From NCBI GenBank assembly GCA_000708835.1, contig DF237077.1:117605-181604 (forward strand): a stretch of DNA of 64,000 bases. Direction: 5' to 3'. Below the pieces are notes generated by a model. It ran no database searches, was not told the origin of the DNA, and was given only the letters and a program-made list of their open reading frames with translations. Position numbers and translations under genes: made by a program. Below are positions 27,027-39,974 of this stretch, piece after piece. Within the stretch, counting starts at the first letter, position 1. Each line of letters begins with the position of its first letter. This DNA is from Klebsormidium nitens (Eukaryota > Plantae > Klebsormidiophyceae).

Positions 27027-28959
27027 CATTGAAGCAGGAGTTTGCTGCCGGATCGATCCGTAGGCACGTGGCTGACGCCAAGACTCTGTACTACAGATTC
27101 GGAGAGATTCTTTCAAGACCTCCGATTTTGCAGAGTGTTCCAAGTCGTTTCATGCAACTAATTGAAGGCAGGGCGGTGTTCTGGAAGTGCTTTCTTCCAG
27201 ACGTGGTCTAGTTGAACCCGTTTTCTGGGAGCTGTATTTGTACAACTAACGACACTTCGAAGGTCTGGCTATGGCGGCTTGGAGATTTCGTAAGCCTTGC
27301 AGGGTCGCTAAGGCTGGCAGAGTATGCGGGTGCGATGATAGCATGACATGCTGGACTTTACACTAGATCCGTCCATTGATGCTGTGCGCGGCGTACGTCT
27401 GTTGCCTGTCTTCAATCTGCGAATATTGATATGCCTCGCGAACCAGTTTTGCATAGGCCCGGCATGAGGCTTTGACTTCTAGGACGATGGATCATCAATT
27501 GATTCTATGGCTTCGCACAATCAATTGCGCCCCCATGCACTTGAGTTTGCCTATTGAAGGATGAGTCTCTTCAAGTACGACTCCACTGTGTATAACATGC
27601 ACGTACAAATTTCGGCAGCACGCTCGTGCACGCGGGGACTTAGCCAGCTAGCTCATGCACGTCAATAGTCATTGTTCAATGTACGTGGCTCCATTGATAA
27701 AGTAACGGAAGTCCGGGCGGCTGCCCCCTTTTGGCATATATATGATTAGGCGCATGCTCCACGACGTTTGCCAAACAAGTTGTACGTAGGTAAGATGAGT
27801 GGGCGGCCCGGCATGATTTCGTGAGGGGCTGCACTTAAAATATAGGGTCTCGCGGGCGGCCCGATCCGGAAATCATTGGGATCACAAGCAAGGCGCACCT
27901 TTAGTATACATTAACATCCGCCCCAAGTACGCTTCTGCGCATACAAGAAACTTCCCTCGTTCGACCCGGTCGACTGGTAAAGGAGCCGTGACATTTAAGG
28001 AGGGTTCTTCAGGTTCCGTAGCTAGCAACAGAGCACAACGCTTGGGCAGGGATTGTAAACGGTTCAAGTTCTGTTTTTGGAGGCCAGAAATCTTCTTCGA
28101 TGTACTCAAGTGAGGTCTGAGAAAAGCTGCATGTGTGCATCTGTGACGTACTGGTGACGCCCAGAGGGCGGCTTCGACAGCTGCGCCTCCGTGAGTTTTG
28201 ATGGGACATACACTTCACATCTGCCGCTCTGCAACTCTTCAGTGGGAAAGAAGTACAATTCGACTTCGGTCGCATCCTGATGTATGCTCGTGCCTTGAGC
28301 ACTGAGTACTTGCTCACGACAAACTGCATCTCGGGGGAAGCAGATTCTTGCTGTCAAGGAAAGCTTGATCCATTGGCCGAGGCGAATCCAATTCTAGCAA
28401 GCGAAGCGGCAACTTCTGAAGCCTGGACTTCGCGCGACGAGATACTCCGGTGCCCAGGTCAGTAGGCTGAGCTCTGCAAAATCAGAAAGCTTGGTTCTGC
28501 TGTCTTCGTGAAGCTGGATCCACTTGTTCAAGGCACAACTGCAATTTGGATGTATGTCCTCAAGCAAATCCTCCGGATATCCAATCGCTCATCTTTCCTC
28601 GTAGACGACAAGCACTGAGCAGGAGGAAGAAGCCATAGCGCCCTTCTCCAGACTCTCTGACTCCAATAGGAGGTCAACATTACAGAGGAAGTTTGTTTGT
28701 CACGTGACATGACTTCAGCGACAACCTTCAGTCTCGCGCCTAACCCGCCATAATCTTTCAAGCATCCAGCAAGGGCAGTCAGTTCAAGCGTGAGGACGCC
28801 GTTGAAAATACCCATATTTGGAAGAAGACGTGTCCGAACAATCAGCAGTCGTGCTTAGCCAAGAAACTGCGCAAAATTTGGTACGGTGCCGGTGCTGAGA
28901 ACGTGTCTCTCTAAGAGAGGCACATAACAGAAGCGGCAAGCATGTAGGGAGTTATTGCC

Positions 28960-30170
28960 ATCGAGCTGGTCTAGAGTTGGAAGATGGGCGGGAAAAAGAG
29001 AGATGAGCGGTCAAAGGACCCGGGCGACAAGGGGTGCGACCGAGCTTTCCCCCCTGCAGCAAATCGCGGGGGCTGTCTACGTAAAAGCGTTGAGAAGAGC
29101 GAGGGATCCAAACGGAAAGAGAAGGGAGAAGAAGGGGCGAAAAATGCTTATGGTAACAAACGAGGATGGAGTGCAGGGATGGGGTCGCGAGGATTGAAAG
29201 CTGGGGGTAACCTTACGGCCTGGAAGCAAGCGATGAATCCGTTTACGTTTGATCCGCTGACGAAGAGCAAGCACTAGGAATGGTGTTAGGAGTCCAGACG
29301 GTGTCGGGAAGGGGACCGGGGTGCATTCAAGCAGGAAGCGACGTAGAAGGGCGACAGGGGGTCAGTGACTTCAAAGAATGGCTGGAAGTCGGCTTAAATT
29401 TGTAGTAAATGGGGCGGGACCCAGGTGTGGCTCCGGAACGGCCGAATAAGGCTCGAGAAAGGGCCCGGTTGGGACCCACCGAGCCAAAAGAAGGCGCGGC
29501 TTTGGGTGAACCAAGTTCTTTGATGCCCCAGCGACAGAGCCAGCACTGACCGCGTACACAAGGCGAAAGCGAGAGCGGACCTCAGGGCGTCGGCAGACGG
29601 TGGGTTCGCGAGCAGAGATCAAGCGGGGATTGGTTCAGCTAAGAAAGGGCTGCGAAGAACGTGCGTGGTTGAGGGGACTCAGGCGGGCAGAAATAAAGCG
29701 CGAAAGGAAGATATATCAACTTGGGAGAGGGAGGTGAGAAGAAGCGGAGGAGGGAGGTGTCCGTGGGACTGGACGAGGAACAAATATAGGAACACCTTGG
29801 GGGGGTCCTTGAAATTGCGCAGAGCGGAAGTGCGATGGAGAGGGATGCGAAGCAAGTGGCGCGAAGAAAGGAAAGCAGGTAGGGAAGATTTGAAGGTGAC
29901 GGCTGAACGCGAGAGCACGGCAGGGGAAATGAAACTGCATCAAGTTGGGGTCAAAGAAGAGTTGGAAAAGGAGGAGCGAAGCCTGAGCGAGTCAAGAACG
30001 GTCATCTAAAAGAGTGTTCTGACTGGGCCTTAGCAGGAGGAGTACGACCTGGAAGGACCGGGCCTTGTTCACGGTATGGGAGTTCTCGAAGCGGGAACTT
30101 ACGAGCAAATAGTAAGAGCGCAGCGAGGGCGGATACAGGGCCCCACTCACCAGCCGCCCGCGGTTAAGAT
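28960..30170 (+). pseudogene. Decayed inverted partial duplicate of the large exon of the RING-UIM gene (~34920-36275)
   Basis: Collinear peptide matches: GGNLTAWKQAMNPFTFDPL vs GGGFTALDAAMDPFAFDPL; ARERARLGPT..AYTRRKR vs ARESARLGST..AYTRRKR; YDLEGPGLV..LEAGTYE vs CDLDEQGLV..LEPGTNE. The copy is interrupted by stops and frameshifts. Confidence 0.78.
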
Positions 30171-31485
30171 TATCCGGTGAGAGCAAGTCCAGTTGATCAG
30201 AGCCTGGGCCGCCGGGGCTCCCAGCGGTTACTCCATTTTACTCCCTGTCTGACACGAATACCTCTCCGGAACTGAACACTTTTTTCCCCCACTGGAGATG
30301 GAAATCTACGCTTCCGAATTTGAATGATTTCTGAATGTTGAGAAGATTTGACTAGGAGGTTTTCCTCGCGGCTTCCTGTGGAGATGTCAATCATGTGGGC
30401 ACCTAAGATGAAAGCGGATCGTTCGGCTTTAACGACGTCATTTCGCATACACATTCCTGAGCCGATGACCACCAGCTCCCAGCTTTCGTCCCGCTAGCTC
30501 CCTTTTCGTTTGACGTCGTGCGAGCTCCAGAGGTTTGCTCCCCAGTTCTGAGGATATCGAATCTTGCTGATACGAGTGGCGAACCCTTGATACCAAACAG
30601 CTGAGCGATCTCGACATCGGCAGAAGCTGAACCTTTGCGCAGCGACGTGCGACTTACATACTTTGTATAATCAGGCAGAGGCGTTCACAACGGCCAGGCC
30701 TGCATTGCGAAGTTGGGTTGCAGGGCAGCAGAGAAAACGTTATTGAGAACGAGCTGCGCAGCTGCCGATGCGGTTTGAGGCTTCGAATTCGCAGATCTAT
30801 CATGCAAGGGCTATGGTACTCTTTGAGGAGCTACGTTGTATTGTCCCAGGCTACAGGAGCGAGGATCCGATACATGTAGGAAAACAGCCGCGGGTCAATC
30901 AAACCGTTAGTTCTTGCGCATGATATAGCCTCGGGCAAACGTACAGCATGCTCGGCTGAATCAGTCCAGCTGCTCAATGTTCGTCAAAGGATCGAAGCTC
31001 TACGTAATTTATTGCATATGAGCGCCCAGCCTGAGTTTACCAAGAGACGCAATTTAGGTGTTCATCTGAATAGGTTGACTTAGATGCACATGCATGAAAT
31101 TGACCTGATGGCTTAGCTGATTCTTTCATGGGCATTCACAATGACTGTCAAAAGTCGGGATTCTGATTGTAAATCATGCAGATCCAATCACTTAGTCGCT
31201 TAAGCAAAGGCAAAATGCTGCAGGATTAACCATGTGGCATTGATGTTCAGATTCGACTCTGTACTTATTGTTCTGGCATCACTGTCGATCAATTCAGCTG
31301 TGCTAGCTCGCTCAGATTGGAGGCCCGCCCGGCCGAGCTGCCTTGCAAAGTTATCTTCCGCGCAACTCAAACTATACGATCAACGTCGACAAAGAGCCCA
31401 AGGTTAAAATTTAACTTGCCAATCTGTTATTCTACCTCTGCCTCTGCGTATAAGCAAAGAATCACCTCAAATAGATATTTTCTAG

Positions 31486-33072
31486 CTACGAAGGATAGAA
31501 CGTCAGGCTCGCGTCATCCCAGCCGACCAGGCAGAGAGACGCGAGATTCCCCGCGGTCGCTACCGCGGCCTGCAGTGCCGCTATCGCGAACAGTCCGTAG
31601 GCTGCAAACTTGCAAAGCGACCTGCGCAAACTAGACTGGTGGCTCGGAGGAGCTTCCTGGCTGCCGGCCGGGGCCTGTTGCTCCCGGTCATCTTTACCTT
31701 TGACTTTCCGAAGAGACTCAGCTTGCTGCCCTTTACTCTGAGAACCGGTTTGTGAATCCGTCTCACTGCTCGTACTCAACTCTTGAGGCGACACTCGAGG
31801 AGCGTCTCGGCTACGCTTATCAGTGTCTCTGCCCCTCGAATCGACTTTACTAGAATCTATGTTGGATCTGTTTGGCGCGTCTTCCCCGCTCCCGCCCCCA
31901 CCCTCAAAAGCCGGGTTCTCGAAACTCTGGGTTTGCTTAACCCTGCCCTCCCGCCCTTTATCAATCAGCTTCAAAAGAGCGAACCCTGGGACCACTAGGT
32001 TAATGAAACTGTCCCCTAACCCACCCCCGATTCCCTGCACTACCCCCAGATTCTTGATGCCAACAGCGACCCCAACCGAGCCTAGGAAAAAGACGGTAGC
32101 AAAGAGCGCAGCCCACTTGGGCTCCTCCGCACGCTTTGGGCCTAGGAGCAGGTAGCCTAAATGGAGCCGCCCGATAATGACGTTCAACGGGAACGCTGCA
32201 ACGACACCAATCAGGACGATGAAGTATAGGGCGGTGTATAGGGCGCCTGACTTGTCTTCGTACAAGTTGAAGAAGTTGGCTTCCTGCGTTCCGGGGTATT
32301 GGAGGTAACCCAATATCCCGAAGCTGACGTACAGCAGCCCGCAGAGCGTAAAGGAAATGTAGACCATTAGTTTGCCGCGCGCCAGGTTGCGGTTCCGCAT
32401 TTCGCGGTAGATTGGGAGGATCCCCGTTTGGCCCGCGAACGCAAACTGCTGGAGGGGAAGGGCGAGGAGCATATCTGGCCTCCAGTTAGCATAAACTATG
32501 TCGTTAACGGGTAACCCCTCCCCGGCGGCAGTGTCTATAAACGTGTAGGTTAGGATAACAAAACCGGTTAAGGTGCAGATGACCGCGCCGAGTGAGAGCC
32601 TGTCCAGACTTTTTATCTTTTTGGTGTAGATCAGAGGCCAGATCAGGACCCCCGCTAGGAGCAGAACGATCAGCGGTCGGTTAGGCATGGACCGGTGGGT
32701 TATCAGCCGGTGTTTGACGCTAACCGCGAAATCGCCCATCAGGATCAGGCGCTGGCAGCAGCCGAAAAACTCCGCCAAAACGACCGACGCGTCCAAAAGC
32801 AGGGCCCACCTCGCGCCCAACACTTTTTGGGTTAAGTCGTGGTAGCTCTCCGGGGTGCCAAACTCCTCTGCCGCCTGGAGCATAACCGTGCAGGCAAAGG
32901 CGTTGACCAGGCCCAAACCCAGCATGCTCAGGGAAGAGAGCAGCAGGCCCATTTGGGTGGCGGTTAGCGGCGTGGTTACCCAGCCTGACCCGAGGAGGAG
33001 ACCGCAGAAGTTGCTGACGGTGCTCAAAAAGTACCAGCATTGCCGCCAGCTCATGTCCACACCTGGCGGCAT
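31486..33072 (-). CDS. Amino acid/auxin permease (AAAP, Aa_trans; AVT6/SLC38-like) transporter, intronless CDS
   Basis: Uninterrupted ORF from the first ATG at 33072, with about 11 hydrophobic segments and motifs LLLGSGWVTTP, ESYHDLTQKVLG, QQFAFAGQTGILPIYREM and LYVSFGILGYLQY. Confidence 0.9.
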   Translation of the reverse strand: MPPGVDMSWRQCWYFLSTVSNFCGLLLGSGWVTTPLTATQMGLLLSSLSMLGLGLVNAFACTVMLQAAEEFGTPESYHDLTQKVLGARWALLLDASVVLAEFFGCCQRLILMGDFAVSVKHRLITHRSMPNRPLIVLLLAGVLIWPLIYTKKIKSLDRLSLGAVICTLTGFVILTYTFIDTAAGEGLPVNDIVYANWRPDMLLALPLQQFAFAGQTGILPIYREMRNRNLARGKLMVYISFTLCGLLYVSFGILGYLQYPGTQEANFFNLYEDKSGALYTALYFIVLIGVVAAFPLNVIIGRLHLGYLLLGPKRAEEPKWAALFATVFFLGSVGVAVGIKNLGVVQGIGGGLGDSFINLVVPGFALLKLIDKGREGRVKQTQSFENPAFEGGGGSGEDAPNRSNIDSSKVDSRGRDTDKRSRDAPRVSPQELSTSSETDSQTGSQSKGQQAESLRKVKGKDDREQQAPAGSQEAPPSHQSSLRRSLCKFAAYGLFAIAALQAAVATAGNLASLCLVGWDDASLTFYPS

Positions 33073-33809
33073 CTTAGCTGATTCTCTGCGATATTGGCGC
33101 AGCCTATGGGTCCCGCTTCTCAATAAGCCCGCCTCCTCTTTAGAGCTGCTTCTCTGCTTCCGGGGACTCAATGCTGTAAGTATATTCTTGATCTAGATTT
33201 GGAGCGGGCAGATTACTTCCTTGGCCACCCACTGCATGAACTTCAAATAAAGAACAGAGACTCCTTCCATGCTCTACTGATGTCCAGTACTCCTAAGAAT
33301 TAGACCAGCTTCAACTCCCATGTCACCACGCCACCCTCTCGCAAGGCGGACAGAGTTGAAGGAGCCATTAATTGAGCAGCACAATTGCTCTATGCTGTTG
33401 CCAGTGCTACTACTAGGTATTGGGATGTGTCTCAGGATGTGCTTTTGAACCAGATTGCCACTAGGACTAGCCACTCCTAGCCTTCGCAAGCAGCAGGACT
33501 TTGTGATCACTGTGCATGCAGCCGTCTTTCTCTTCTCGCAGCCTTTCCAGCTGGCAACTCTTCTGTGGGTCGGCTCGTGGATCAATCTATGATCTTGGAC
33601 AGTATCATAGTATCATACCCTATTAGGCAGGACTCATGAGGAGTCTGTGTGGCAGAAGTTGAAGATTCCAAACCGTCGAAAGTACGCCTCTGCTATGATA
33701 GCTACTACCGTACTGCTATTTAACTGGGTAGCTGCTCCCGCGGCGCGAGCTTACCTATATGTACTGGTACCTATACCGCCAGCTGTCGCCACCTGCATCA
33801 TGACATTAA

Positions 33810-33983
33810 NNNNNNNNNNNNNNNNNNNNNNNNNNNNNNNNNNNNNNNNNNNNNNNNNNNNNNNNNNNNNNNNNNNNNNNNNNNNNNNNNNNNNNNNNNN
33901 NNNNNNNNNNNNNNNNNNNNNNNNNNNNNNNNNNNNNNNNNNNNNNNNNNNNNNNNNNNNNNNNNNNNNNNNNNNNNNNNNNN
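33810..33983. other. Assembly gap (174 N)
   Basis: Run of N characters. Confidence 1.
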
Positions 33984-34620
33984 TGGTGTGACCGACATCG
34001 GCAGCGAATGCTTCCTAGTCTTAGAGCCAGGACTGCTGCACACGACAGGCAGTCGTGCCGTCTAGCTAATTGAATCTAGGTGTCGCGACCATCAAATGGT
34101 GTCAGCAAAGTACTTGAAGTCTTCGGGCAGCTTACAAAATGCGCGCAGCCTTAGTAGAGCCACCAGAGAGCATAGTGACACTTCACTCATTCATAGAGAA
34201 AACTGCACAGTCACTGCATGGACCGTCGTCATACGCCAAGCTACTTGTGGTCAAATTCGTGTGTCATGCACCTTGCACTATGCCTCGAAAGGTGCATGCC
34301 GACAAGACGGCATATCCAAAGCTTCGTTTACTTGACATCTGTCATTCAGATTTGCGATCCGGCCCGACGAACTTTGCTCACGAGCCAGTCCGAATCAAAG
34401 TCGCTGCCACCATTTAGCCCTACGGTCCCAGCCCTAAAGACTCAACACGTTTCGAATCCTCACGGCACCTTGGCTCCAAAGAGGGATAAGACCGTCGACC
34501 TGCGCACTCCCACCTGGCTAACTCATGCACTAATAAAAGCGCAGGGGAGTAAGTGCGATAACCAATGTACCTGGTGCGCAGCAAACCCTCACCCGGCTGC
34601 ACCTAAGCTGCCACATGTTC

Positions 34621-37600
34621 TTAAACATCAGCGAGACTCCTTGCCAACGCTTCCTGCAGTTCCTTGTCATTGTCGTGTTCTTGCGGCCTGCCCAGGGGCC
34701 GTTGGCTCAAATCTCTAAGCGGTTTCCTGGTCTGCTTTCCTCCTTTCAAGGCCTTGCTTTTCAACATTTTACGCGTATTCTTTTTGAAACCTCCCTGAGC
34801 CGTGACCTTGGCCTTTTGTAAGTGGGCTTCTGCAGAGGCTCCTCTATCTTCTTCGACACGCCTATTTTCATCGACTAATGGGTCCGCTTTAGCATCGTAC
34901 GGGATGCCCTTTTGAACTTTGCTTCCACCGGGCGTCTTGCGAGCGGCTGATGAGCGGGGCCCTGTATTGCGCATCCCCGCACTTTTCACCGGCTCGTTCG
35001 TGCCCGGTTCCAAACCGTCGATTCTCTTAACGAGGCCCTGCTCATCCAAGTCGCAATCTTCCAGCCCAAGGCCCCAGTCCCCGAACCCGTCCGCAGGCGT
35101 CTCAGCAATCACTCCCTCAAGCTTCGCGTCCCCTTCCCCAACTTTTCCTTTGCCCCCAACTTGCTCCGGTCTCGATTCCCCTGCCGCGCTCGCTCGTTCG
35201 GCCGTCACCTCCAAACCCCGCGCTGCACCCACTTTAGGGCATTCTTTCACCACCTGATTCTCCTCTTTTGCTCCGTTTTCTTCGCGTCCTCCTGCACCCG
35301 CCCTTCCGCCTTGCGCACGCCCAAGCGCAGTAAGTGCTCCCTGCACCCCTTCCCTTTCATCCCATTCCTCGTCTGAACCTTCGACAACCTCCCTCGTTCG
35401 CTTCTTGCCACTTCCGCCTCCTTCGTTTCCCTTCCTTGCATTACCAGTATTCTCCCCGGTCTTAAACTCCGACCGAACTTGCGGCCTTTTCTCACCCCTA
35501 GTTCCCGCCTCATTGCAGCTTCCAAACCCACTGTCTGCCGACTTCCCCGTAACCGGACTGGTTACCCCTCCCCGCTTCCGCCTCGTATATGCGACCGGCG
35601 GCGGCTCACTTACCGGTGCGTCTAAGAAACTTGGCTCGCTAACCGGGGCGTCTTCCTTCCGCCCGGTAGATCCCAACCGGGCACTTTCTCGGGCCGCCTC
35701 GACCCCTCTCAATCGCCCGGTACCCCCCAACCGAGTCGCAGTCCCGACTCTCTTCGAGTCCGAGTCGACTTTCAGTCGTTTCTTCGGAGTCTTTGACTCC
35801 TTGTCTCCCTTCGACCACGTTCCGCGTTTGGAGGCGCTCCTTCCCGCCACCGCCTGGCCACCTGACGTTACCCTTCCAGGCGTTCCGTTCCCTTGACTGC
35901 CACCCGCCAGCGGATCAAACGCGAAAGGATCCATTGCTGCGTCCAATGCCGTGAATCCTCCCCCGGCTTCGAATCCTCCCGATCCCTTCTCTGCACTGCC
36001 TCCCTTTTTACTCCCCAAACCAACCTCCGCGTATCCCTCTCTCTCCTCTTCTCCTCTCAAATTCTCGTTCTCGTCCTCGCTTTCCCCTCCAGCCCCCGCA
36101 CTTTCAGCCGCAGGGGGGGAGCTTGGCCGCAGCCCTTCTCTCGCCCGCTTCGTTCGACCGCTCACCCCTCCTCCCCCCCGACAATTTTCGCTTCTGAACC
36201 ACCCCGCTGACAGGGGACCCCCACTGATTCACGCAGATGCTGCTCGCTTCTTTTTCCCATCTCCCACGCTTGGAACACGTTCTCAGACACTGGCCTCGTT
36301 GCCGCTTCCGTGCCCACGGCTTCCTGCTCGGTTTCGTCGACAGCATCGTGAGCCGTCCTCGGCTGAGCAAGACTCGTTCCGTCAGACCCATCCCCTCTTT
36401 CCGCCATCAAAGATTCTTCAACGGCTCCGCCGGACTTCTGCTCGGGTTGACGGGACTCCAGTCGCTGGGATGCTTGCGAGGCCAGCTCAAGGTTCTTTGT
36501 GGAGTGCGCCGCTTCTTCCTTCTCCTGCTCTGTGGTCACTTGTGACAGATGTACTGCTGGATCTGCGGGGAAGTAGGAGCATCCACGCTTTGTTCAGATG
36601 GCAGTAAAGAAGGTTACGTGACTTCACATTGAAAAGACAGCCATTTTTTGGGCTTTGAATCTTCAATATAGTGGAAGTAGTATTTTGGAGTTCCAAGCTG
36701 ATCAAACGCCTCCAAGGATCTTTGCACAAAGAGCGTCATGGCGAGAGAAGGCAAAGCTAGGATAAGCGTACTGTTGCCTGATACTATGAAATGAGTACGA
36801 ATACCTGCATTGAAAGTCTTACATCTGGATCTTGCAAAACTGATTTCGATCCCGAACGTGCCTGACTAATCAGTGAAAGATTCTGGCGGATATCGGGCAG
36901 GTATTCGTTCAAAATACCTGCCCGAAAGAAGCAAAAACCTCACCAGACAACCAGTGGGACTCAAAGCTGAGGACACATTATTTCTTAAAAGACCTGAATG
37001 TGAGGAGTCCCTGCTCGACGTCGGAAGCTCGCTTGCCTACCCTCCTGTGCGCAAGCCCGAAAGACGCTCACTATGTAACCAGCAGCCAAATGTCAGGACT
37101 CGACAAGCTTCACCCTGCCTGCACCGGTACCACTCTCACTTTTCCCAAGCAAGACATTACGGCTTGGTGAAACTCACGAGTGGGCTCACCTATTCCCATG
37201 ACCAGCAGCTTGATGTCGATGTCCCTCAGCTCCGCTTCTTGAGCCGCAATCTCCGACTCGAGCACCGCCTCAGCCTGCATCAAGAGACACGCACGAACAC
37301 AGCTAATGAGATGAATTTGATGCAGGGTACAGTATCCAATTATTTAACACGGGAGGAGCTTCACCTGAGACGAGTCTTGGCTGTTTGACTGTGCAGTGCT
37401 GATTACACCTCTTGCAAAAGGGACAAGCTACGAAACCAGTGCCCAAGATACGTAGGAAAGTGCCCATGAAAAAGTTAAGCTTTGTGAAAGCAGTGCGGGG
37501 ATATGCTTCTGAGGGGCTGTCTTTGAGGTGCTTCATTTAGTCAGGACAGGAGCTCCAACCAACTGAACCAGCTAGAAGGCTCCCTTTGAACGTTAGTGGA

Positions 37601-39299
37601 ACTTGAGTTGAGCCTGGTCATAATGCATCATCTTTCAAATATTCTCCAGACATATCTCAGGGTTTGTGACAATGTGCACACGGATGTCCTCCTGCTTTTC
37701 ATGTATAGTCAAATCTGAAAGAGCTCTATTTACCGTTGCACCACGAGCTGATCATGGCGACTGAAAGAGCCAGCCCGTGTTTGCAGGCGGTTGACTCACC
37801 TGTGTACTTAGAGGATCTTCAGGCTCGTCCACACCTGTCATTGCATCTCCATCTCCTGGAACGTCAAGTGTCGGCCCGATCCGCGCTAAGTCTCCCCCGC
37901 TTTTCTCCAACTCTAGTTGCTGCTCACTTCTCCGCTCGAGAGTCCCAAGTCCACGTCCCAGTGCTTCCAGGTTCCCCACCGGCCCGGTGCTCCGCATTTT
38001 CCGCCACTTTAAACCGGCTGCCCTCACTTTCCTCTTGTCCCCCCTCCCGCTGTCTGCCCCAATCTGTTCTCGACTATCCCCGCTCTTTTCATGCGTCTCG
38101 CTCGAGGGGGTGCTTGTGGAGGTTCGGCTTGAAGGGCCCCTCGATCCGTCTGTCTCTTCCAATCTGCTGATGGCAGCCGCGTCTTCCGTGGCAGAGACTC
38201 CTCTTTTCTTCGAGCCTTTCTCTTGAGGATTCTGGCCCTGCCTAGAAGGAGCCACCAGCTTAAAGCTACGGCCTGTGAGGGAGAAGGCCCTGATTCGTCA
38301 GAACCCTTGATAGAAGGTGAGAGATTTTGTTTTGCTGCAAAACATAGTTGGCCATACTTGTCAGTTTGCCTCAGGAACCCGCTTGCGCTTTATTCAGCAT
38401 CGCCTGTTCCCTGCCTCTGAAGTAGACAAGGCAGGTCGTGAGTAAAACACTGTTCTTGAGTCTCCCCTGACGACCTCACGGGGGTCAGGGAGCTGAGATC
38501 TTCGAAGTTACATACTGCAACCGTTAGGCGTACCTTTGCTGGTCTGTGTTGCGGTCGGTGGTAGTTTCTTGGCATCTTGCAGCCGGCTGACAACATTCTC
38601 CAGCATCTGGTTGCGGACGATGCCGCTCCTCCAGCAGGGCTGCTGGCACACAGGGCACTTGGTGCCATGGGCCTCGAGTGACAGAATGATGCACGCTCTG
38701 CAGTTGGTAAAACGGACTCTTCGTAAGTTGCGTACTACCAGCGGATAGTCCAGGGTTACAGGATTCCATGCAGCGAGACTGTTGGAATCATTGAATGCCT
38801 AAAGCAGGGTACAGAAGAAGATGAGAGCAAGACTATGAACTGCTGTGGTCCATCTCCAAGTTATTTGAAGTCTAAAAGCTGACATGGCCCTCTCTCTAAA
38901 ACACAGAGAGGCACTTTGATCAAGTGTGCTTGCACGAGGGAAGGTGCTCTGTTCGCCACTCACTCGCAGAAGTCATGGCCGCAGGGGATGGATGCGATCG
39001 GTCGTTTGAGATCTTCTTTGCTGCAAAGGCAGAGCTGCGTAAGTTTTGGGCATTTCAAAGGGCAGACCTGTGCCGTCTGTGCAAGCAGTAAATTCAACTG
39101 AATTGTCTCAGCAAACGAGTCTATCAAGTATGTGGTAACATCCAAGGGCCTCGTACGATTCTTCCAATGCATCTGTCTGAGCTGGTGTCTCAAAGCAGTG
39201 CAAACGAAAACCCTACAGCCCTCACCATATTGGGCACTTCAGGACCGCATGCACTTGAGCGATTGACGCCAGCACGGCTTCCATGTTGGAACCGTCCAT
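34621..39299 (-). CDS. BRCA1/BARD1-type RING-HC E3 ligase-like protein with a long disordered region and a C-terminal ubiquitin-interacting motif
   Basis: Spliced RING: LKCPIC|KEDLKRPIASIPCGHDFCE|ACIILSLEAHGTKCPVCQQPCWRSGIVRNQMLENVV. The final ORF ends DNDKELQEALARSLADV* (UIM-like). Internal exon chain only partly resolved, and there is an apparent frameshift at a G7 run near 36173-36179. Confidence 0.65.
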
Positions 39300-39928
39300 T
39301 CTTATGGGGGGGAGCTGGCGGACTTGTGCGGTTTTCCTTGACGGCGATGCGCCATTTGACTGTGCATGCTCATTACGCTTCAGTGACTCAGACTACTCTC
39401 GCACGAAGGGACCAAGCCTGCGGTGAAGCTGATCTGCATTGCTACCGTCTGTTGCAGCACTTGAGCGGCTAGCATTGCGCAAGACCAACCATAAAAAACA
39501 GTGAGCGTTGGCTCGAGGCTGAGGCGCCTATCTTCTGCGACCTGTGACTTTGACAAAAGATTCCTAGATCCTGAAGATTGCAGCAGACTGCGCCAGCCCA
39601 CCATGCCTTTGATAGTGCACGGGCTTGTACAGAGTAGAGAAGTGTAGAGAAGTGTGTAGAGAAGTCAACATGCCAGTCAGGGCCCAGGGGGCTTTACTGT
39701 TATTACCTATTGATGAACTTGAAGTCTGTCGCTCTCGAGCACTGGGAGCAGCAACTCGATGTCTCCCGTTGCGAGAGCCATGAATCTGAACTTGAAAGAT
39801 TTGGCGCGAACCAAACCACTTCTGATTGGATGCCTTGTCCAGCTTACGTTCTTCTTCAATATCTTGTCCGTCGAGCCTCGGTTCAATCCCTTGGGGCCTT
39901 CCATCCCTTTCAGCGCTTGGAAGCCATG

Positions 39929-39974
39929 AACCCGGGGCATAAACCCGGGGCATAAACCCGGGGCATAAACCCGG
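39929..39974. repeat. 13-bp tandem repeat (AAACCCGGGGCAT x ~3.5) in a divergent promoter region
   Basis: Read directly from the sequence. A 10-bp x3 repeat at 39634-39665 and a 12-bp x2 repeat at 40046-40069 lie nearby. Confidence 0.9.

Noticed and set aside
33647-34043. ORFs spanning the N run
   Set aside because: Artefacts of the assembly gap.
35405-36607. Pro/Ser-rich + strand ORFs (163 and 218 aa)
   Set aside because: Antisense shadows of the RING-UIM large exon.
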